Of a stretch of DNA of 64,000 bases, positions 46,492 through 56,197 are shown in pieces. The notes under the pieces are model-generated. The model was given only the letters and a program-made list of their open reading frames with translations. It ran no database searches and was not told where the DNA came from. Within the stretch, counting starts at the first letter, position 1. Each line of letters begins with the position of its first letter. The translations under genes were made by a program, and so were the position numbers. Source of the stretch: an uncultured Gemmatimonadota bacterium (GTDB taxonomy: Bacteria; SM23-81; DAOVCL01); assembly GCA_964626665.1 (NCBI GenBank), contig CAZVGK010000002.1:32001-96000 (forward strand). Reading direction: 5' to 3'.

Positions 46492-49242
46492 ATGCTAAAA
46501 AAACTTGCTATTTTCACAATGCTTTTTGGCCTATTTGCCCCCGTTGTTCAGGGTGGGGAATTAGAGGAAATCCAGCGGGCTATCAAGGAGAAGGGGGCAA
46601 AGTGGACTGCCGGGGAGACATCGGTGTCCAAGCTTCCTCCTGAGGAGAGAAGAAGGCTCTTAGGGGCCATATTAGAAGGCCCTGAGAGAGGGGGAAAGGT
46701 GGCTTTGTTCACCGCCGATTCTTTACCTGCTCAGTTTGACTGGCGGGACTATGGAGGTTACGATTGGACAACCCCTATCAAGGACCAAGTAGGGTGTGGA
46801 AGCTGCGTAGCCTTTGCCGTGGTAGGGGCATTTGAAGGGGATATAAAGGTTAATTTCAATGCTCCCCAGTTGAATATTGACCTTTCAGAGCAATACCTTT
46901 TCTCCTGTGGAAGAGGCCCCGGGGGGTGTGAGTATGGGTGGGATAACAGCTCTGCTCTAAACTATCTTAGATCGCACGGGACGCCAGACGAGGCCTGTCT
47001 TCCTTATGCTGCCGTTGATAATAACTGCGACCAGGCTTGCTCAGATTGGCAGATGAGAGCCAGGGGAATTGAAGAATGGATGGGCGTACTCGGGCTGGTA
47101 GAGCAGATCAAAGCCGCCCTCTACTCCAAGGGGCCATTAGTTACCGATATGTCAGTCTATACGGATTTTATGTCTTACGACAGTGGGGTATATGAATATG
47201 TTTGGGGGGATTATGAGGGCGGGCATGCAGTGGCCATTGTGGGCTGGAGCGATCCGGATTCTTGTTGGATCTGTAAGAACAGTTGGGGCACATCCCATTG
47301 GGGAGAAGATGGATGGTTCAGGATAAAATGGGGGCAATGTGGCATAAATTCGGGGGTAAAATGGATGACCCCCTCCCAACCCCCCTATCCTAAGCTGCTA
47401 TTTGCCTCCTATATCGTTTCTGATACAGAGTTTGGTGACGGCGATGGGGTTTTAAACCCAGGGGAGAGGGTGGATCTTCTGGTGGCCTTGAGAAATGAGA
47501 TAAGCTGGGGCCAGGCGGATACTGTTACAGCAACTCTTAGGTGTGATGATCCTCGGGTTACCATCTTAGACAGCCTGGGAAGTTATGGAGTCATTCAGGA
47601 TGATGACTCGGCATTCAACTCTGCTGATCCCTTTCAGGTCTCTGTCTCTGAAAGCGTGGGAGTGGAAGCAATCTCGATGGAACTCTACATAGAGGCTAAT
47701 CAGGGGGGAGATCACCCCTATTCCACTCTCCGAGGATTTGAGCTAAAAGTGGGTTGGGCTCAGCGGGGATGGCCGGTTCACCTCCAAGATGTCGTTCAAT
47801 CATCCCCCTTGATGCTGGACATTGACGGAGATAATCAGACGGAGGTTATCTTCGGTGGTTTTGATGGCAGACTCTATGTGAAGACCTTCGATGGGCAGGA
47901 TAAGGGTGGTTTCCCCTTCCAGGCTGGGTGGTTTATCGAGGGTTCTCCAGCGGTGGGGGATATAGATAGGGACGATACACTGGATATAGTCTTCGGCTCC
48001 TGGGATTACAAGATATACTGCTTGAGAGCCAATGGCCAGTCACTTTTCCCTCCTGTTTCTACTGGGAGTTTTATCCAAGCCACTCCGGTTCTTGCTGATC
48101 TTAATGATGATGATAGTCTGGAGATAATCGTGGGAAGCTGTGACAGGAATTTCTATGTGTTGAAAAGCGACGGCTCAAGTTTTAATGACAGTTTCCCCTA
48201 CTGGGTGGGCAGTTCCATCACCCTGGGGGCTGCCGTAGGTGACATTGATGGAGATGGCCAAAAGGATTTAGTCTTTGTCACTTCCAATAACAAGGTGTAT
48301 GCCCTCTCCCAGGATGGGAATCTTTTGCCAGGCTGGCCTGTTCAGTTGGGAGGAAAGGTAAGCTCTCCCCCCTCTATCGCCGATCTGGATGGAAGTGGCT
48401 CCAAGGTGGTGGTTGGATGTGAGGATAAGAAACTCTATATCCTGAACCCTGACAGCACATTTGATCTTGTCTTCTCTGCCGGGGGAATGATAAAGGGTTC
48501 ACCTTCCTTTGTCCCTGTGGGAGAAGGTTTAGCCATTGCCTTCGGAACAAGTAATGGACTGCTATACCTTATCAAAGGGGATAGTTCCTTAGTCGCTGGT
48601 TGGCCTATCGATGTGGGTAACTCTTTAGAATCCTCCCCTTGCTTCTCAGACCTGGATGGTGATAGCTTACCTGAGATAGTGGTCTTGAGCAAGGATGGCA
48701 ATCTCTATGCTTACAACCTCAATGGGGAGATACTCCCTCATTTCCCCATACCAGGAGGAGGGAAAGGCCCTTCTTCACCGGCTATTGCCGATCTGGATGG
48801 GGATGGGGACTTGGAGATAGCCTTTGGCCGCAGCCTGGGGGTTCAGATCATCGATTACAAGGCTCAATCAAGTCAAGGTGGATACTGGAGTATGTTTCGG
48901 GGGAACCCCTGCCGCACCGGTAACTATGCTGATATATTCACCGGGATTTCTGAGAGAGAAGAGGAAAGGATCGTTCCTCTCAGGTATACCCTCTATCAAA
49001 ACTACCCCAACCCTTTCAATCCCACTACGATAATCAGATATAGTTTACCGCAAACCGGATATGTTAAACTCACCGTCTACAACATTCTCGGAGAGAAAGT
49101 GTTAAGCTTGGTTGATGGCTATCAAAAGGCAGGGGAGAAGAGGGTCAGGTGGCAGGCCAACTCCTTCTCTTCGGGTATCTACTTTTGCCAGCTAAAGGTA
49201 GATGGGCAGACTGTAACCAAGAAGCTTGCTTTGGTCAAGTAA
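46492..49242 (+). CDS. secreted papain-like C1A peptidase with FG-GAP repeats and C-terminal sorting domain
   Basis: FDWR, Q..CGSC.AF, GGHAV, KNSWG; repeated SP...D.DGD; QNYPNPFNP. Confidence 0.92.
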   Translation: MLKKLAIFTMLFGLFAPVVQGGELEEIQRAIKEKGAKWTAGETSVSKLPPEERRRLLGAILEGPERGGKVALFTADSLPAQFDWRDYGGYDWTTPIKDQVGCGSCVAFAVVGAFEGDIKVNFNAPQLNIDLSEQYLFSCGRGPGGCEYGWDNSSALNYLRSHGTPDEACLPYAAVDNNCDQACSDWQMRARGIEEWMGVLGLVEQIKAALYSKGPLVTDMSVYTDFMSYDSGVYEYVWGDYEGGHAVAIVGWSDPDSCWICKNSWGTSHWGEDGWFRIKWGQCGINSGVKWMTPSQPPYPKLLFASYIVSDTEFGDGDGVLNPGERVDLLVALRNEISWGQADTVTATLRCDDPRVTILDSLGSYGVIQDDDSAFNSADPFQVSVSESVGVEAISMELYIEANQGGDHPYSTLRGFELKVGWAQRGWPVHLQDVVQSSPLMLDIDGDNQTEVIFGGFDGRLYVKTFDGQDKGGFPFQAGWFIEGSPAVGDIDRDDTLDIVFGSWDYKIYCLRANGQSLFPPVSTGSFIQATPVLADLNDDDSLEIIVGSCDRNFYVLKSDGSSFNDSFPYWVGSSITLGAAVGDIDGDGQKDLVFVTSNNKVYALSQDGNLLPGWPVQLGGKVSSPPSIADLDGSGSKVVVGCEDKKLYILNPDSTFDLVFSAGGMIKGSPSFVPVGEGLAIAFGTSNGLLYLIKGDSSLVAGWPIDVGNSLESSPCFSDLDGDSLPEIVVLSKDGNLYAYNLNGEILPHFPIPGGGKGPSSPAIADLDGDGDLEIAFGRSLGVQIIDYKAQSSQGGYWSMFRGNPCRTGNYADIFTGISEREEERIVPLRYTLYQNYPNPFNPTTIIRYSLPQTGYVKLTVYNILGEKVLSLVDGYQKAGEKRVRWQANSFSSGIYFCQLKVDGQTVTKKLALVK

Positions 49243-49451
49243 GGGAAGTAATTTAGGGGCGATGTGACCGTTGGCAAAACTTAGGTTTCCCCTTCTGCTC
49301 AGAAAGCAGAAAAGCCGATAGAATTTACAAAAGGAGTCTAAAAACTCTGGCTAAACTATGGAAGCGGGAGTTAGGATTGTTTTTGTGGTTCCTCTATAAA
49401 AAGATCCAGTAACGATCTTATAGGGTTTGCATCGCCTTTTGTAAAAACCGT

Positions 49452-49480
49452 TTGACAAAGCCGAGGGGATTTTGTAATTT
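49452..49480 (+). promoter_or_regulatory. putative sigma70 promoter
   Basis: TTGACA-N17-TAATTT upstream of the STAS gene. Confidence 0.5.
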
Positions 49481-49535
49481 TAAGATGAAACTAAACCTTT
49501 AAAAACCCGTAATATTAAACGGAGAGGGCCCAAGC

Positions 49536-49874
49536 TTGAAGTTCTCATACAGGGAAGAGGATGATGTGACCATTGTGGAACCCCAGGGGAAGATTATGGG
49601 CGGTCCGGACGCCAGTCATCTCCATGAGAGGTTGTATGAGCTTATTGACCAAGGGAAGAGGAAGGTGGTAGTGAACCTCTCTGGGGTGAACTGGATGAAT
49701 AGCTCAGGGCTGGGTATATTGATCGGCAGTCTGATTAGCCTGAGAAACAATGGGGGAAACCTAAAGTTGGCTCAGGTAACCGAGAGGATAAAAAACCTCC
49801 TGCAGATTACGAAACTGGATGCAGTGTTCGATAGCTATGAGACGGTAGAGGAAGCCATAGAGAGCTTCAGTTAA
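49536..49874 (+). CDS. STAS anti-sigma factor antagonist (RsbV/SpoIIAA-like)
   Basis: V.WMNSSGLG.L, L.ITKL..VF. Confidence 0.92.
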   Translation: MKFSYREEDDVTIVEPQGKIMGGPDASHLHERLYELIDQGKRKVVVNLSGVNWMNSSGLGILIGSLISLRNNGGNLKLAQVTERIKNLLQITKLDAVFDSYETVEEAIESFS

Positions 49875-51030
49875 GCAAGGTGAAACCAAATCATCTTCCC
49901 ATTGTAAGGTAGGTCTGAAGCCTACCTTTTTTGATATATCCCTTAAGCGAAGCTTTGCCCCCAATCAACGGGGCGTGAAGCCTGGCCCGTGGGTAGTTTC
50001 ACACCCTACGGGGCCAGTAGGAAAATCCGAAATCCGAAATAAATTCCGATTGACCCCGTTAGATAAATAATTCTGTATCTAACGGGGTAAACCAACCCCC
50101 CAATTCTCTGAACCAAAAACAAGTTTGCTTTAGATGTTTGGGACATTTGCCCCCGGATTATGCATTGGGAAACCACAAGATTTCACCAGATTATCACCAG
50201 ATATGGAGAACAATAGGCTCACAAAAACTTCAATTCAGACTCCTCCTTCACCTAAAGGATGAGAATCCATATCCTGGAAGGTTCTTATGTAATCTGTACT
50301 ACAACCTTGTAAGATAAGATCATGTTTTTTGAGCAAAGTTTTCCAGGTAGGCTTGAGCGGCCAACTTCTACCGCACTTTAGTGCCGGTCCCCATACGGGC
50401 TAAAGCCCGGCAAAGGTTACCCCGACTAAAGTCGGGTAGAATGAGATTGCTTCGTCGTCCCAAAAGCTTCTGGGACTCCTCGCCCTGTTAGATAAGTCTC
50501 ATAAATTTTGGCTCTTGCCAAGATGTTATTGATATCTAACAGGGCGAGCAATGACATTCCCCTTACCGGTCATTGCGAGGCTTGCCCTAAGCTGCAGCGA
50601 GGTGGCAAGCCGAAGCAATCTCCGACTTCTACCGCACGTTTGCCCTGAGGGATCTCCCCGAGCAGGTAGATGCCCTCATCTGACGGCAAAGGAAGAGTGG
50701 CAGAATCGGGGTTCTGCCACCTCGGTGATTCTTATTCGGGTAGATTCGTTTATTTGTGTCATTCGTGTTCCGGAGATTCAGTGAAATCCGTGACTGTTGT
50801 TTGGTAGCAACCGCAGAGCCTCTAAGATTGCAGAGAAGATAAAAAGCAGAAGGAAGATGAGATAAAACGATTGGTTAAAAATCTTTAAACTTTGCGTTCT
50901 TTGCGGTGAATTATTTGGTTGCGGCTTTGTCGCGCTGTGCAAATCTGCGTTCATCTGCGGTTTGATTGGGTCGTGAAGGAGGTTAGTGAAGCTAAAAATT
51001 GCAAATTGGAGACAACGATAAGGGAAACAG

Positions 51031-52803
51031 ATGTCCCTAAAAATTAAAAAAACTGATGGTAACCTTAAAGTCCAGGGCAATCTTCAACCGTCCCACCTCT
51101 GGCTTCTCATTAAAGCAGGTAAACAACTCAACTCCACTCTGGATTTTGAGGAGCTTCTCTCCCTCACGGCAGGGTTAACCAGAGAGCTTATGGGGGTTGC
51201 GGCCTGTTCTCTCCTCTTGCTGGATAAAAGGAGAGAGGAGCTCTTCTTCCAGATCCTCTCCAATCAGAGGGTAAAAGAGCAAGAGGCGATAAGGCTGAAA
51301 GTGGGTGAGGGGGTTGCCGGTTGGGTGGCCCAAGAGGAAAGGGCGAGGATGCTAAACCAACCCCAGAAGGATCCCCAATTCTCCCCAGAGAAAGAGGGGG
51401 ATGCCTCTCAGAAGATGCTCTTTGCCCCTTTGCAGGGAAGGGAAAAGGTCTTGGGGGTCTTGGAAGCTATTAACCGCCTGGATGGAAAGCCGTTCACTGA
51501 GGAGAACTTGACCCTTTTCTCAGCTTTTGCCGAGCAGGTAGGGATTGCCATCGAGAACTCTCGCCTTTATAATCAGGTAAGAAAGGAGATGGTGGAGAAG
51601 TCTACCCTCTACGAGATAGGGAAAAAGATTACCTCATCCCTGAAATTAAGCGAGGTCCTGGAGTTGATCATCGATTCCCTCCGTAAGGTGGTGGACTACG
51701 ATGCTGCTGGGATTTACCTCATCGACCCTAATAGCCAACACATCAGGAGGGAGATGACCAGGGGTTACCTCCCAGATATGGAGGATAGGATAAGGCTAAA
51801 GGTGGGAGAGGGGGTGATGGGGTGGGTGGCTAAGACCGGGAAGGGAGAGATTGTCCCGGATGTCTCTCAAGACCCTCGCTATGTAATGGCTAAGGAGAAT
51901 ACCAAATCGGAGTTGGCCGCTTCCCTGATGAGTGAAGGGAAAGTTATTGGGGTGTTTAACTTGGAGAGCGAAAAGCCAAATGCCTATGACGAAGAAGACC
52001 TTCTTCTTCTCACCACCTTTGCCAGTCAGGCAGCGGTAGCCGTGGAAAACGCCCTCCTCCACGAAGAGGTAACCCAGAAGAAGCTGCTAGATAAGGATTT
52101 AGCCTTGGCCAGACAGATTCAACGAAGCTTTCTGCCTAAGCTCCGCCCACGCATACCAGGTTTTGACATCTCTGGCATAAATCTTCCCTCCCAGCAGGTG
52201 GGGGGGGACTACTACGATTTCATCCATATAGCAGATCGACAGTTGGGATTGGTAGTGGGGGATGTCTCGGGAAAGGGGATTTCGGCTTCCCTGATAATGG
52301 CCAGTTTCCGGGCCAGCCTAATTGCCGAGGTGAGAAATAACTACGCCATAGGCAAGATATTGAAGAAGGTAAACAACCTTCTCTACGAGAGTACAGAGGA
52401 GGACAAGTTTGTCTCCGCCATCTACGGGGTTCTGGATACCCAGGGAAGGGTCTTTACCTACGCCAACGCTGGGCATAACCCCCCCATTCTCCTCGGGAGG
52501 GGAGGGAAAATAAGTTACCTGGATACCGGGGGTATAGTTTTGGGGTGGCTCTACAACTCGGTCTATCAGGAGGATAGAATTAAGCTGACCCCCGGAAACA
52601 TCTTGGTGATGTACACTGATGGGGTAACCGAGGCAACCAATCAACAGGGAGAGGAGTTCGGGGTTGACAGATTACTGGAGATCATCAAGGAAAACATTGG
52701 TTTGGCCGCGAGGGCTCTTCGGCTGAAGATAGTAGAAGAGGTGAGGAGTTTTACCCCCTCTCAAGGGGATGACCTCACTCTGGTAGTGGTAAAGGCGGAA
52801 TGA
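51031..52803 (+). CDS. GAF-GAF-SpoIIE (PP2C) phosphatase, RsbU-like
   Basis: two GAF domains; VGGDYYD, GDVSGKG, NAGH, YTDG.TE, DDLT. Confidence 0.93.
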   Translation: MSLKIKKTDGNLKVQGNLQPSHLWLLIKAGKQLNSTLDFEELLSLTAGLTRELMGVAACSLLLLDKRREELFFQILSNQRVKEQEAIRLKVGEGVAGWVAQEERARMLNQPQKDPQFSPEKEGDASQKMLFAPLQGREKVLGVLEAINRLDGKPFTEENLTLFSAFAEQVGIAIENSRLYNQVRKEMVEKSTLYEIGKKITSSLKLSEVLELIIDSLRKVVDYDAAGIYLIDPNSQHIRREMTRGYLPDMEDRIRLKVGEGVMGWVAKTGKGEIVPDVSQDPRYVMAKENTKSELAASLMSEGKVIGVFNLESEKPNAYDEEDLLLLTTFASQAAVAVENALLHEEVTQKKLLDKDLALARQIQRSFLPKLRPRIPGFDISGINLPSQQVGGDYYDFIHIADRQLGLVVGDVSGKGISASLIMASFRASLIAEVRNNYAIGKILKKVNNLLYESTEEDKFVSAIYGVLDTQGRVFTYANAGHNPPILLGRGGKISYLDTGGIVLGWLYNSVYQEDRIKLTPGNILVMYTDGVTEATNQQGEEFGVDRLLEIIKENIGLAARALRLKIVEEVRSFTPSQGDDLTLVVVKAE

Positions 52804-53332
52804 ACTGCCCTGAACGATTTTGTAAGATCCTGTTTTTTAGTATGGGCCTTTGCTCTTTGTGGATGTTATCATCCACAAAGGATCTCATCTCTGTCAGGGC
52901 GGGAGCCCTGACAGCAGAAAAATTGTGGGGACCCCGATGGATCGGGGTCCGTCGGGCCCCTTGGGCTAAAGCCCGGTAGAAGTGTAGGGGTCACATTTAG
53001 GCGATCAGAATGAGCTTGATGAATCAAGCCCCTATACAGGATTTGCCAAACCTGACTGTGACAAAATTGGGGTTTTGCTAGCTCAAAAAGAACCCGACGA
53101 GTAGTGAGCTACGAGCTACGGTAGTAATTTTTCTCTCAGTAAAATCTGGGTAATCTGTGGCCCTTGTTTGGCCCTGTGTACCGTGGGGGTCTTCTTCCCT
53201 TGGGGATGGAAATTACGAAGATGCCATTCACCCCGCTCACGGATTGGGAAGGGGTATAAGGGCATTATAAAGCAAGGCCGATTGCAGCCTATTCGTATTT
53301 GAAATAACCTCGCAGGGCCAACGGAGAAGCTG

Positions 53333-53770
53333 TTGCAAAGAGAGCTTTCCCAGGAGGAAAAATTGTCAGAGGGGAGGGGAAGGAAGGTAAATTTGACCCT
53401 CTCTCATTCTCCTTCGGCGGTGAGAAAGGCCGATGAGATCACCGAGAGGGTGGCCAGCCAGATGGGCTTTGATTCTCAATCAGTTGATGAAATAGCAATT
53501 TCAGCAACCGAGGCGGTGAACAACGCCATAGAGCATGGCCGAGGCAAGATATTTCTCTCCCTCATTCCCTCCCGGGATAGATTGACAATAGAGGTATGGG
53601 ATGAGGGTTACGGTTTTGACCCCCAAAAGCTCAGGGACCCCTCGAGCCCCAAAAACATAATGAAGCCTAGAGGGAGAGGTATATTTATTATGCGTTCCCT
53701 GATGGATGAGGTGAGGATCGAGTTCGGGCCGGGGACAAAGGTGACCTTAGTCAAATATTTGAGGAGATAA
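53333..53770 (+). CDS. anti-sigma factor/Ser kinase (RsbW-like)
   Basis: EAV.NAIEHG, D.G.GFD, GRGIF.M..LMDEV; exact start uncertain. Confidence 0.9.
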   Translation: MQRELSQEEKLSEGRGRKVNLTLSHSPSAVRKADEITERVASQMGFDSQSVDEIAISATEAVNNAIEHGRGKIFLSLIPSRDRLTIEVWDEGYGFDPQKLRDPSSPKNIMKPRGRGIFIMRSLMDEVRIEFGPGTKVTLVKYLRR

Positions 53771-53773
53771 GCT

Positions 53774-55999
53774 ATGGTTACCTACCAGGTCATCACCATT
53801 ATTGGCTTTCTCATAGGGGGGACCGTTATTCTCCTTATCGGGTTGGTTATCTGGAGGGTTAACCCTAAGAGGAAGGAGAACGAAGCTACCGGCCTGATGC
53901 TCTGCTTTGCCGGCTTGGGGCCACTTATGGGAGCGATAGGCCTTATCCTGGACAAGTTAAATCCAGGAGGGATAGCTTTCTATGCCCCTTTTCTGGCCAA
54001 TTTCTTCTACATTTGGGAGTTCTTCTTTCCTTTTCTCCTCATCTTTGCCCTGGTCTTCCCTCAGGAGAATCCCTTCTACCTTAAGCACCGTTGGCTAAAA
54101 TATCTCATATTTCTTCCCCATACCTTCCACTTCTTCTTCATCACCACCTTCTATGAGTGGGGAAAGCTAATCCCCCGTTCCCTCCTTGAGGCCATCTCCG
54201 ATCAATTAGGCCCTCTCTCTGCTCCTTTCCATTTTTTGGTCAAGTTTACTGGGTTAACCTTCTCCCTCCTCTTCAAGTTCCACCTTAAATTCTTCTCCTC
54301 CATAAACCTGGTTTATTTCCTCTTGGGTATGTGGCTTCTCCATCGAGGTTATCAGGGGATAAAGAACCCCAAGCTCAGGAAGGGAATGGGCCTGCTTCTT
54401 TATGGGATAAGATCAGGAGTGGGGCTCTACGCCGCTGTTTACATCCTTCCCGTTCTCCTCCCCTTCCGTATCCCAGGTGACCTCAAGCTGTTTTTGGCCC
54501 TCTTAGCCGTGGCAGTGGGCAGTGGGTCCGTTGCCTGGGCCGTAATCAAGCATCAATTTCTGGATGTAGGGGCCATTGTCAAACAGGGTTTAGTTTACTT
54601 CTTCACCTTAGGGCTTTTTATCCTTGGCTATCTCCTGGTAATCAGAAGGCTAAGTCACGCGCTCACCCTTTCTCTGGGGAGGGATCTTCCCCTTTTTGAT
54701 GTGGCTTTCCTTATCCTGGTTGTCCTTATCTTTCGCCCCCTGATGGATAGGCTGGAAAGGGTGATGGAAAGGGTCAACCCCAAGGAGAGGAGAGATTATC
54801 GGGCACTGCTCAGGAGGCTGAGCAGTGAGATAAGCTCCCTTTTGGACTTTGGTAGCCTAAGGAGGAGGCTGGAAGATACATTGAAAGATGGACTGATGAT
54901 TCAGGGGATCTTTTTGGTGATCAGGGAGAAGGGAGATGGGGGTTTTTCGGTTGATTGGGGGGAGGGAAAGGCTAAGGTAGATCTAAATGAGAGGACGATG
55001 AGGGAGATGGTTAGAAGGGGAGGGCCCATTTTGGCGGAGGAGTTTATGGAGCACCTGCCTGACAGGGATTCATTCCAGCCGCATTTTAAGCCTTACCTCC
55101 TCTTTCCCCTCTTACGGGGGGAGGAATTTATCGGCTTCTTTGGCTTGGGGGAGAAGCTACGGGGGTTTCGCTATACCTATGATGAGATCACCTTGCTTGG
55201 TTTCCTCTCCAACCAACTGGCCGTGGCCCTGGTGAACTCTCAACTCTATGAGGAAGCCTTGGAGAAGAGGAAATTGGAAGATGAGATAGCTCTGGCCCGC
55301 CATATCCAGAACTCCCTCCTTCCCTCATCTCCCCCCCGCCTTCCCGGCATGGAGATAGCAGTGGAGACCAGGCCCTGTAGACAGGTGGGGGGGGACTACT
55401 TTGACTTTCTCACAACCAAAAAGGGGGATTTAGGGATTGCCATCGGTGATATATCCGGGAAAGGAATGCCTGCTGCCTTGCTTATGTCCTCACTTCAGGC
55501 CTCCCTGCGAGCGGAGGTGGAGAACGGGCATCCCATTCAGGATTCGATGAGGTTGGTTAACTCCCTTCTCTTCAAAAGCACCAGTCCGGAGAAGTTTGTT
55601 ACCCTTTTCTATGGGGAACTCAACCCCCACCAGAGGACCCTTGCCTATTGCAATGCTGGCCACAACTATCCCCTCCTCGTGCATCCCACTGGAAGGGTGG
55701 ATAGATTGGAGAAGGGAGGAACCATCTTGGGGGCCTTCCCTGATGTACAATATGAGGTCGGTAAGGCTCAACTCTCCCGGGGGGATCTCTTAATCCTCTA
55801 TACCGACGGGGTGACGGAGGCCCTAAACCAGAGGGAAGAGGAGTATGGCGAGGAGAGGTTGCTTAGCTCAGTTGTAGATCATCGAGGGCTATCCCCCCGA
55901 GAGATAAAGGAGAAGATCATCAATGGGGTAGAGCGGTTTAGCAGCCCCGCTCCCCTCTACGATGATTTGACCATTATGGTTTTAAAGATGAGCGGATAG
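53774..55999 (+). CDS. multi-TM sensor plus GAF-like plus SpoIIE PP2C phosphatase
   Basis: many N-terminal TM helices; VGGDYFD, GDISGKG, NAGH, YTDG.TE, DDLT. Confidence 0.9.
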   Translation: MVTYQVITIIGFLIGGTVILLIGLVIWRVNPKRKENEATGLMLCFAGLGPLMGAIGLILDKLNPGGIAFYAPFLANFFYIWEFFFPFLLIFALVFPQENPFYLKHRWLKYLIFLPHTFHFFFITTFYEWGKLIPRSLLEAISDQLGPLSAPFHFLVKFTGLTFSLLFKFHLKFFSSINLVYFLLGMWLLHRGYQGIKNPKLRKGMGLLLYGIRSGVGLYAAVYILPVLLPFRIPGDLKLFLALLAVAVGSGSVAWAVIKHQFLDVGAIVKQGLVYFFTLGLFILGYLLVIRRLSHALTLSLGRDLPLFDVAFLILVVLIFRPLMDRLERVMERVNPKERRDYRALLRRLSSEISSLLDFGSLRRRLEDTLKDGLMIQGIFLVIREKGDGGFSVDWGEGKAKVDLNERTMREMVRRGGPILAEEFMEHLPDRDSFQPHFKPYLLFPLLRGEEFIGFFGLGEKLRGFRYTYDEITLLGFLSNQLAVALVNSQLYEEALEKRKLEDEIALARHIQNSLLPSSPPRLPGMEIAVETRPCRQVGGDYFDFLTTKKGDLGIAIGDISGKGMPAALLMSSLQASLRAEVENGHPIQDSMRLVNSLLFKSTSPEKFVTLFYGELNPHQRTLAYCNAGHNYPLLVHPTGRVDRLEKGGTILGAFPDVQYEVGKAQLSRGDLLILYTDGVTEALNQREEEYGEERLLSSVVDHRGLSPREIKEKIINGVERFSSPAPLYDDLTIMVLKMSG

Positions 56000-56197
56000 T
56001 CGGTGCCTGGGTAAAGGCTCTCAGGAGGTGGGCTAATAGGGCACAAAAGGCCTCTCCCCAATTGGGGATTTTTACCTGACAGATAGACAGAAGATTTGGA
56101 ATCTGGGTAGGGGAGATCAATCCTGATGCAAAATTCACTTGCCATCTGCCCCTCTTTTTATTAGCTTAGGTTAAAGCTTTAAATAAGGAGAATCAAA

